Shown here piece by piece: positions 39,814 to 47,412 of a stretch of 64,000 nt of DNA. The first letter of the stretch is position 1; each line of letters opens with the position of its first letter. The position numbers were made by a program, and so were the translations under genes. The stretch is from Thermoanaerobaculia bacterium (lineage in GTDB: Bacteria; Acidobacteriota; Thermoanaerobaculia; Multivoradales; UBA5704). The stretch is taken from the NCBI GenBank assembly GCA_035995205.1, contig DASYKS010000091.1, positions 2,085 through 66,084 on the forward strand. The letters run 5' to 3'. The notes below the pieces were generated by a model. The model worked only from the letters and a program-made list of their open reading frames with translations. It was not told where the DNA came from and made no database searches.

Positions 39814-40056
39814 TTACCACTCCTCCCGCCCTACCGGAGGGCCGAATGAGATCTCCTGTGGCTGATAGTCCTTCGGGATTCGCGCGACCAAATCGGCGAG
39901 GTCGAACTTGGGTCTCGCAATCTTTCGGACGACGATCTCCCCCGCGCTCACGGTGATCTCCACGTCGTCTCCTACCGCGAGCGTGGCCAGCTGGAGCACC
40001 TGCTTTGAGATCCGCAACCCCTGGCTGTTTCCCCACTTCTGGACCTTCGCGACCAT
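39814..40056 (-). CDS. MazE/PemI-like antitoxin (AbrB/SpoVT swapped-hairpin domain)
   Basis: MVAKVQKWGNSQGLRISKQVLQLATLAVGDDVEITVSAGEIVVRKI. Directly abuts the toxin start. Confidence 0.75.
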   Translation of the reverse strand: MVAKVQKWGNSQGLRISKQVLQLATLAVGDDVEITVSAGEIVVRKIARPKFDLADLVARIPKDYQPQEISFGPPVGREEW

Positions 40057-40088
40057 TGGCGATTTCTCCCATAATCTTGTATAGCCGA

Positions 40089-40117
40089 TGTATACACGTC
40101 CGAGCCGACGGTGTCAA
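40089..40117 (-). promoter_or_regulatory. Sigma-70-like promoter for the mazEF cassette (TTGACA-N17-TATACA), with a TGTATA direct repeat at the -10
   Basis: Read on the minus strand: TTGACAccgtcggctcggacgtgTATACA. It lies ~30 nt upstream of the mazE ATG. Confidence 0.45.
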
Positions 40118-40135
40118 CGTTGTACTGCCGCTTCC

Positions 40136-40216
40136 AACTATTACAAGCTGCCCGGAGTCTCCCAGGACAGCGACGTCCTCAACGGCCTGGTCGATCGCGA
40201 AGGTTTCTTGCCGTAA
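40136..40216 (+). repeat. Direct repeat copy 2 (orphan duplicate of the secreted-protein gene 3' end), followed by a hairpin at 40227-40256
   Basis: 81 bp, ~90% identical to 39181-39261 and ending in TAA. Downstream hairpin GGCGAGTCG-N12-CGACTCGCC. The motif gacgactcgcc also follows copy 1. Confidence 0.8.
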
Positions 40217-40407
40217 AAGTTCGCGCGGCGAGTCGCTTGAGCTGAGACGACTCGCCACGTCGATCCGCCTCCGGGGGCGTTTGAGACCAGGTCCCCAGCC
40301 TTTCGTCCCTGCGCGTGCTCTCATTTTCGCCGAGCGTGGAATCATGCCCTCGTCGCACCATCCTCGACATTTCGTCAGTTTCGAGAGAGCACTAGCGGAG
40401 GTTCGTC

Positions 40408-43158
40408 ATGCCCCGGCATTTATCGCGGCGTTGGATTGCATACGTGGGTCTTCTCGCTCTTCTTGGGGCATCGACCGCCGTGGCGCAGCCGCATTTGGTG
40501 ACCGATCTCAATCAGGGGCGGGTGCCGGCCAATTTGCAACCCTTGCCGTCCGCGGGGATCGAGCAGGACGGAGTGCTCTATTTTCCTGGGCAAGATCCGC
40601 AGCACGGCTACGAGCTCTGGCGGACTGACGGCACGCCGGAAGGCACGTACCGCCTGGTCGATCTCTGCCCGGGAAGCTGTTGGGGCGGGGGCAACGGTCT
40701 AGGTTTCTTCCACGGTTTTCTCTACTTTCTGGGCAACGACCGGGAGCACGGTGTCGAGATCTGGCGCACGGACGGCACGGTAGGCGGGGAGGAATTGCTC
40801 GGGGATCTCTGCCCGGGCGTTTGCGGGACGACGCCGGGCGGGTGGGTCGAGCGGGACGGCGCTCTCTGGTTTCTCACCCAAGAGTTCGGCAAGACCCCGA
40901 TCCTTTGGACCAGCGACGGCACCCCGGCGGGGACGAGGCCGGTCGCGAACCTCTGCACCGATCTCGGCATCTGCGGCTTCGTCGATTATTCATACGCGTT
41001 CTTGGCCGGCCCGGACCCCTCCGGGCAGGGCTTCGCCCTCTGGACGTCGACCGACACCTCCGCCCTGTACCGCACCGACGGCACCGCGGCGGGTACCGTC
41101 CTCCTGCATCGCTTCACGAACGCGTTTCTCGCCTCCAAGGCGGGCGCGGACAAGCGGCTCGAAAGCTTGAAAACCTCCGTCGGACCGATCGCGCGGACGG
41201 CGGCCGAGGCCGCCGAGTCGCTCTTCTTTCTCGACGGGTTCGATCTCTGGACGAGCGACGGAACGCCCGCCGGCACCCACTTCGTGCGCAACGTCGAAGG
41301 GCTGATCGGCCTCAGCCGCTACATCCAATCGGTGCGTGTGATCGACGGGATCTGGTACGCGATCTTCGACTACGGCGATTGGCTGCGTTCGGACGGGACC
41401 GCGGAGGGGACGTTCCTCCTGGCGAAGGTGGATTCCCAATTTCGTCCGACGCTCGCGCGGATCGGCAACGCGGTATTCGCGATCACCGTGCACGGCATCT
41501 GGCGCGCGGGCGCCACCCCGGAGACCACCGTGCGCTTCGACGGGCCGGTCGGCGACGTCCTGACCGTCGTCGAGCGGCCGGGGCGGCTGTACGTCATGGG
41601 CTGGGACCGGGCCGGTTTCGTCTGGAGCACCGACGGCACCCCGGCCGGCACGCGGCGCCACCATCTGGACGGCCCGCCGAATCCGGATCAGTACGAGATG
41701 GGCGGATTCGGCGACGGCGTCTTGATCTCGGTCGGTTACCGCGAGCTTTGGCGGATCGATCTGTCCGGCGCGGAGCGGCTGCATGATTTCCAGCCGGCCA
41801 ACGGCGGTTCCGGCCCGGTCGACCAGATCGTCCTCGACGATCGCCTGCTGTTCATTTCGCTCCCCGACGCGCAAAGGGCGAAACTGTTCTCCTCCGACGG
41901 CACGACGGCCGGCACGGCGGCGATCAGTCCCTATGTGGACGGGAACTTCGGTTTCGAATTCCAGCCGGATGTCTATCGGCTCACGCGGGCCGGTCACCGC
42001 GCGTTCTTCACCACGTTCGGTCGGGTCTGGACGAGCGACGGCACGGCCGCGGGAACCCGGTCCTTCCGCCCCTCGTACAGCTCTTCGACCCACGTGATGA
42101 CCGCGCCGATCGGCGTCGTGGGCGACCGCTTCGTGTTCGGCGCGAACTTCAAGCTCTACCCGTTGCGCTGCGAACCGGGGGACACCGAGCCCTGGGTGAG
42201 CGACGGCACGCAACGCGGCACGAAACAGATCCTGGACTTGAATCCGTTCTTCCGACCGACCAACAGCTCCCAGTGCGAGACCGTGGCGGTCTCGTCGTCG
42301 CCGGGTCCCGGCGTCTCGCTCGGCTCGTTCGCCCTGTTTGCCGCCAACGATCTTGTGCACGGCCGCGAGCTGTTCGCGACCGACGGCACGAAAGAGGGCA
42401 CCCGCCTGGTCGCGGATCTGAACCCGAAGTTGATGCCGAATGCGATCACCGATCCGCCCTTGCCGGCGCTGATCGGCGTCGGCTCCGATCCGAGCGACCT
42501 GGTCCGGGCTGGGAGCCGCGCCTTCTTCGTCGCCGACGACGGGACGACCGGCCACGAGCTCTGGGTGACGAACGGCACGCGCCGCGGCACCCGGCGGGTG
42601 GTAGACCTGGTGCCTGGACCGGCAAGCTCCACGCCGCGCGACCTCGTGGCGGTCGGCGACGCGGTCTACTTCTTCGCCGCGCACGGCACGGGCGAAGGGC
42701 TTTTTCGCAGCGACGGCACGCGCGCCGGTACGGTCCTCGTGAGCGACCTGGCCGGCGCTTCTCAGGCTCGCGACCTTACCGTCGCCCGCGGCAACCTGTT
42801 CTTCGTCGCGTTCCTCCCGGAATCGGGCACGGAGCTGTGGACCTCCCGGGGCACGGCTGCCACCACCCGCGAGGTGGCCGACCTGCGCCCAGGGCCGCTC
42901 GGCTCGCAGCCGCAAAATCTGAAGGCGATCGGCGATCGGGTGGTGTTTGCGGCCGAGGACGGCACCTCCGGCCTCGAACCGTGGAGCAGCGACGGCACCG
43001 CGCAAGGCACGCTCCGCTGGGGGGATCTCGCCCCGGGCTCTGCCGCGAGCAGCCCGGGACCGTTCAGCGTCGCCCGGGGGCAGATCCTGTTCGGCGCCGA
43101 CGACGGCGAGCACGGCCGCGAGCTGTGGGCGATCCCGGTCGCCGACCTGCCGAAATGA
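40408..43158 (+). CDS. Secreted ELWxxDGT-repeat protein, paralog 1 (type B N-terminus)
   Basis: 916 aa. Signal peptide ...STAVAQPHLVTDLNQ. Three Cys pairs (DLCPGSCWGGG, DLCPGVCG, NLCTDLGICGF). About 19 units with ELWxTDGTxxGT core. C-terminus GADDGEHGRELWAIPVADLPK. GGAGG RBS. Confidence 0.85.
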   Translation: MPRHLSRRWIAYVGLLALLGASTAVAQPHLVTDLNQGRVPANLQPLPSAGIEQDGVLYFPGQDPQHGYELWRTDGTPEGTYRLVDLCPGSCWGGGNGLGFFHGFLYFLGNDREHGVEIWRTDGTVGGEELLGDLCPGVCGTTPGGWVERDGALWFLTQEFGKTPILWTSDGTPAGTRPVANLCTDLGICGFVDYSYAFLAGPDPSGQGFALWTSTDTSALYRTDGTAAGTVLLHRFTNAFLASKAGADKRLESLKTSVGPIARTAAEAAESLFFLDGFDLWTSDGTPAGTHFVRNVEGLIGLSRYIQSVRVIDGIWYAIFDYGDWLRSDGTAEGTFLLAKVDSQFRPTLARIGNAVFAITVHGIWRAGATPETTVRFDGPVGDVLTVVERPGRLYVMGWDRAGFVWSTDGTPAGTRRHHLDGPPNPDQYEMGGFGDGVLISVGYRELWRIDLSGAERLHDFQPANGGSGPVDQIVLDDRLLFISLPDAQRAKLFSSDGTTAGTAAISPYVDGNFGFEFQPDVYRLTRAGHRAFFTTFGRVWTSDGTAAGTRSFRPSYSSSTHVMTAPIGVVGDRFVFGANFKLYPLRCEPGDTEPWVSDGTQRGTKQILDLNPFFRPTNSSQCETVAVSSSPGPGVSLGSFALFAANDLVHGRELFATDGTKEGTRLVADLNPKLMPNAITDPPLPALIGVGSDPSDLVRAGSRAFFVADDGTTGHELWVTNGTRRGTRRVVDLVPGPASSTPRDLVAVGDAVYFFAAHGTGEGLFRSDGTRAGTVLVSDLAGASQARDLTVARGNLFFVAFLPESGTELWTSRGTAATTREVADLRPGPLGSQPQNLKAIGDRVVFAAEDGTSGLEPWSSDGTAQGTLRWGDLAPGSAASSPGPFSVARGQILFGADDGEHGRELWAIPVADLPK

Positions 43159-43183
43159 GATCGAGAACCCAACGGAGGGCGTG

Positions 43184-44608
43184 ATGCGAATTCAATCCTG
43201 GCGCGCGGCTTGGAGCTTCGTCTTTCTCGCTTTCGCGGGAACTTTGGCCGTCGAGGCCCAGCCGCACCTGGTCGCCGATCTCAATCAGGAAAGGGTGAAT
43301 ACCGCCTTGTCCTCCGCTTTGTCTGGAGGAGTCGAGCACGACGGCGTGGTCTATTTTGCGGGTCACGATCCGCAGCACGGCTCCGAGCTCTGGCGGACGG
43401 ACGGTACCTCGGAGGGCACCTATCGCCTGACCGATCTCTGTCCGGGGAGCAGCGGGGGCTTGGGCGAGCCCCTGGGGTTTTTTGCCGGGTACCTCTATTT
43501 CCGCGGCGACGACTGCGAGCACGGATTCGAGATCTGGCGCACGGACGGGACGGTGGGCGGAGAGGAAATGCTCGCGGAGCTCTGCACGGGAGACTGCGTG
43601 ATCGAACCCAGGAGCTGGCTCGAATGGCGAGGGGCGCTCTGGTTCCTGCTTCGGGATGCCGCCGGAACGGCGCAGGTTCTGTGGACCAGTGACGGAACCG
43701 CGGAGAACACGAGGCCTGCCGCCGACCTCTGCGCCGATCTCGGAATCTGCGACTTTGTCCCGGACTCCATTTTCCTGGTCGGGCCGAACGCGACGGGGGA
43801 GGGTCTGTTCCTCTGGGTCTATTCGACGGACAACCCCATGGGCGCGCTTTTCCGTACCGACGGCACCGCTTCCTCATCTCCCGGCCCCGGTGTCGTGGTC
43901 GGCCGGATCGCCCTGTTCCCCGCCAACGATCTGATTCATGGCCGCGAGCTGTTCGCGACCGACGGCACGAAAGAAGGCACCCGCCTCGTCGCCGACCTCA
44001 ACCGGAACCTCGAACCCAATCCGAAGTTTTATCCTCACCATCCGGAGTTCGGACCGGAGCAGGCCGGCGTCGGTTCGGATCCGAGCGATCTGGTGCGCGC
44101 GGGAAGCAATGTCTTCTTCGTTGCCGACGACGGCAGGACCGGGCGCGAGCTGTGGGTGACGAACGGCACGCGCCGGGGCACGGGTCTCGTGAGCGACCTC
44201 TCGGGCGGCTCCCAAGCGCGGGAGCTGACCCTCGTCCGCGGCAAACTGTTCTTCGCGGCGTTCCTCCGGGAGACGGGCGCCGAGCTGTGGACCTCGAAAG
44301 GCACGGCGGAGACCACCCATAGGGTGGCCGACCTGCACCCCGGACCGTTCGGCTCGCAGCCGCAGAACCTCAAGGCGGTGGGCGATCGGGTGGTGTTCGC
44401 GGCCGAGGACGGCATCTCCGGGCTCGAACCCTGGACCAGCGACGGCACCGCGGAGGGCACGCTCCGCTGGGGCGACATCGCGCCGGGCAGCGCGTCGAGC
44501 AACCCGGGGCCGTTCAGCCTGGCGAACGGCCAGATCCTGTTCGGCGCGGACGACGGCGAGCACGGGCGCGAGCTGTGGGCGATGCCGGTCGCCGAGCTGC
44601 CGCAATAG
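43184..44608 (+). CDS. Secreted ELWxxDGT-repeat protein, paralog 2 (type A, shortened by two in-frame internal deletions)
   Basis: 474 aa. Same N- and C-termini as paralog 4, but it jumps from ...ALFRTDGTA directly to SSSPGPGVVVGRIALF, and from TRRGT to GLVSDLSGGSQ. Confidence 0.75.
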   Translation: MRIQSWRAAWSFVFLAFAGTLAVEAQPHLVADLNQERVNTALSSALSGGVEHDGVVYFAGHDPQHGSELWRTDGTSEGTYRLTDLCPGSSGGLGEPLGFFAGYLYFRGDDCEHGFEIWRTDGTVGGEEMLAELCTGDCVIEPRSWLEWRGALWFLLRDAAGTAQVLWTSDGTAENTRPAADLCADLGICDFVPDSIFLVGPNATGEGLFLWVYSTDNPMGALFRTDGTASSSPGPGVVVGRIALFPANDLIHGRELFATDGTKEGTRLVADLNRNLEPNPKFYPHHPEFGPEQAGVGSDPSDLVRAGSNVFFVADDGRTGRELWVTNGTRRGTGLVSDLSGGSQARELTLVRGKLFFAAFLRETGAELWTSKGTAETTHRVADLHPGPFGSQPQNLKAVGDRVVFAAEDGISGLEPWTSDGTAEGTLRWGDIAPGSASSNPGPFSLANGQILFGADDGEHGRELWAMPVAELPQ

Positions 44609-44639
44609 AAGCCCTACCGAGAAGACGAACGGAGACGCG

Positions 44640-47387
44640 ATGAGAATCCTGCAATCCTGGCGCGCGGTGTGGTCCGTCGTCCTTCTCGCCTTCGCGGGCG
44701 CCTTGTCCGGGCTGGCCCAGCCCCGCCTCGTCCTCGATCTCAACCGAGAGAGGGGGCGATCCGTTTCGCAGCCTCGGCTGGGCTTCGAGCAGGACGGCGT
44801 CGTCTATTTTTCGGGCAACGACCCGCAGCACGGCTACGAGCTGTGGCGGACCGACGGCACGGTGGGCGGCACCTATCGTCTGACCGATCTCTGCCCGGGA
44901 CGCTGCGACGGCGGAGGACAGGCCCTCGGCTTTTTCCAGGGGTCGCTCTATTTCCTGGGCAACGATTCCGAGCACGGCACCGAGATCTGGCGTACGGACG
45001 GAACCGTCGGCGGGGAGGAGCTGCTCGCCGACGTCTGTCCGGGAATCTGTGATCTCCAGGTGAACGGCTGGGTCGAATGGCACGGGCGGTTTTGGTTCCT
45101 CGCCCAAAGAGTCTTCGGCACAGTCCTCGTCCTCTGGTCGAGCGACGGGACGCAAGAAGGAACCCGACCGGTGGCGAGTCTCTGTCGCGACCTTTCGATC
45201 TGCGAGGGCCAGGACCGCTACACGTATTTGACCGGCTCCGACCCGTCCGGACAGGGCCTCGTCCTGCGGGTGTGCGACGGCTGCGACGCGAGCTCGCTTT
45301 ATCGCACCGACGGCACCGTGGGCGGCACCGTGCTCCTGCATCGCTATGCGGCAAGAGGGTCCGACTTTGGGGAGAAGGCCACCGTTCCGCTCTATTTTCT
45401 CGACGGCTCGGACCTCTGGACCAGCGACGGAACGCCCTCCGGCACTCGCTTCGTCCGCAACCTGGACGCCCTGGTGGATTACGTCCCGTTGCGCTCTTCC
45501 GCCCAGGTGATCGACGGCACCCTGTACCTCGCGTTCGACGGCGGCGAATGGCTGCGCTCCGACGGCACGGCGGAAGGCACCGTCGTGCTGGCCGATGTCG
45601 GCCCCGGCACCGACCCGAAAATCGAGCCGATCGGCGACGCCGTCTTCGCCGTCACGTCGGAAGGAGTCTGGCGCACGGGAGGCACCCCGGAGACCACCGC
45701 CCGGCTCGATTTTCCGTTCGGCTTGATCCAGACCGTGGTCGCGCGGCCGGGCCGCCTGTTCGGCTTGAGCTACGAGGGGCAAGGGGCCTTCGTCTGGACC
45801 ACCGACGGCACGGCGGCCGGCACGCGACGGGTCCATCTTCCCCGCGGACCCAAACCGGATTTGTACGGTTTGGTGGGGTTTCTCGACGGGGTGTTGTTCT
45901 CCCGCGGCGCGCGCGAGCTGTGGCAACTGGAACCGATCGCCTCCGGCCAGGGCGGCACGGGATTCGTCGCCGAGCGGCTGCACGAGTTCCAGCCCGAAAA
46001 CGGCGGCTCCGGCCCGAGCGATCAGATCGTCTTCTCCGGCCGGCTGCTGTTCGCGTCGCTGGCCAACCCGGAAAGCCGGTGGCTGTACTCCTCCGACGGT
46101 ACCGCCGCCGGCACGACCGCGCTCCGCGCGATCGAGAACAGCCCGTATCTCGCCCCCGGCGGCGCCTACGAACCGGGGACCCCCTTGATCGCCCGCGCCG
46201 GCGCGCGGGTGTTTTTCAACACCGCGGGAGCGCTCTGGTCGAGCGACGGAACCCGCAAAGGCACCAAGGCCTGGCGCGGTTCTTCCTTCCCGAGCTTCCG
46301 GATGAACGCGCCGATCGGTTTCCTCGGCGGCCAGCTCGTTTTCTCCGCGACGGTCGACTTGGACCTCTACCCGCAGCGCTGCCCCCCCGGAGAGGCCGAG
46401 CCGTGGGTGAGCGACGGCGTTCGAAGGATGGAACGGCTGGTGAATCTCAATCCCTTCTACTACGAACCCGACGGGTTCTGCCTGAACACGGCGTATTCTT
46501 CGTCGCCCGGGCGAGGAGCCCGGATCGGCCCGATCGCGCTCTTCGCCGCGGACGATCTGGTGCACGGGCGCGAGCTGTTCGCGACCGACGGCACGAAGGA
46601 CGGAACCCGGCTGGTCGCCGACATCGACCCGCGGGTGACGCCGGTCGACGGTTCGGAGCTCTTGCCGCGCCCCCTCCACTTCTTCGGGATCGGCTCGGAC
46701 CCGAGCGACCCGGTGCGGGCGGGGAGCCTCGCCTTCTTCGCCGCGGACGACGGGACGACCGGCCGCGAGCTTTGGGTGAGCGACGGTACGAGCCGCGGCA
46801 CCCGTCAGGTGGCGGACCTGATGCCCGGCGCCGGCAGCTCTTCCCCGCGCGACCTCGTGGCGACCGGCGACGCGGTCTACTTCTTCGCCGCCAACCCCCC
46901 CGGGAGCGCCGGCACCGCGGGCGAGGGGCTCTACCGGAGCGACGGCACCCGGAGAGGCACGGTCCGGGTCGGCGACCTCGCGGGCGTTTCCGAAGCGCGG
47001 GGGCTCCAGGTCGCCGACGGCAAGCTTTTCTTCGTCGCCTACCGCCGGGAGACGGGCACCGAGCTGTGGGTCTCGGAAGGCACGGCGGAGACCACCCACG
47101 AGGTGACCGACCTGCGCCCCGGCCCGCGCGGCTCGGCCCCTCAGAACCTGAAAACGGTGGGCGGAACGGTGATTTTCGCCGCGGACGACGGCGTCTCCGG
47201 GCTCGAACCGTGGAGTAGCGACGGCACCGCGGCGGGCACGCTCCGATGGGGCGATATCGCGCCAGGGCGCGACGCGAGCGTCCCCGGTCCGTTCAGCGTC
47301 CTCGGCGGCCAGCTTCTCTTCGGTGCCGACGACGGCGAGCATGGGCGCGAGCTGTGGGCAATTTCGCTTGCTGAGCTGTCGCAATAG
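44640..47387 (+). CDS. Secreted ELWxxDGT-repeat protein, paralog 3 (type B)
   Basis: 915 aa. Signal peptide, Cys-pair region, repeat units. C-terminus GADDGEHGRELWAISLAELSQ. Confidence 0.85.
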   Translation: MRILQSWRAVWSVVLLAFAGALSGLAQPRLVLDLNRERGRSVSQPRLGFEQDGVVYFSGNDPQHGYELWRTDGTVGGTYRLTDLCPGRCDGGGQALGFFQGSLYFLGNDSEHGTEIWRTDGTVGGEELLADVCPGICDLQVNGWVEWHGRFWFLAQRVFGTVLVLWSSDGTQEGTRPVASLCRDLSICEGQDRYTYLTGSDPSGQGLVLRVCDGCDASSLYRTDGTVGGTVLLHRYAARGSDFGEKATVPLYFLDGSDLWTSDGTPSGTRFVRNLDALVDYVPLRSSAQVIDGTLYLAFDGGEWLRSDGTAEGTVVLADVGPGTDPKIEPIGDAVFAVTSEGVWRTGGTPETTARLDFPFGLIQTVVARPGRLFGLSYEGQGAFVWTTDGTAAGTRRVHLPRGPKPDLYGLVGFLDGVLFSRGARELWQLEPIASGQGGTGFVAERLHEFQPENGGSGPSDQIVFSGRLLFASLANPESRWLYSSDGTAAGTTALRAIENSPYLAPGGAYEPGTPLIARAGARVFFNTAGALWSSDGTRKGTKAWRGSSFPSFRMNAPIGFLGGQLVFSATVDLDLYPQRCPPGEAEPWVSDGVRRMERLVNLNPFYYEPDGFCLNTAYSSSPGRGARIGPIALFAADDLVHGRELFATDGTKDGTRLVADIDPRVTPVDGSELLPRPLHFFGIGSDPSDPVRAGSLAFFAADDGTTGRELWVSDGTSRGTRQVADLMPGAGSSSPRDLVATGDAVYFFAANPPGSAGTAGEGLYRSDGTRRGTVRVGDLAGVSEARGLQVADGKLFFVAYRRETGTELWVSEGTAETTHEVTDLRPGPRGSAPQNLKTVGGTVIFAADDGVSGLEPWSSDGTAAGTLRWGDIAPGRDASVPGPFSVLGGQLLFGADDGEHGRELWAISLAELSQ

Positions 47388-47412
47388 AGCCAGGAACGAG
47401 GAGGAGGACGTG

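Noticed and set aside
40005-40628. A 207-aa + strand ORF spanning mazE, the duplicated gene-end fragment and the array promoter region
   Set aside because: It overlaps a confident antitoxin gene on the opposite strand and a non-coding duplicated fragment. It has no RBS or family signature.
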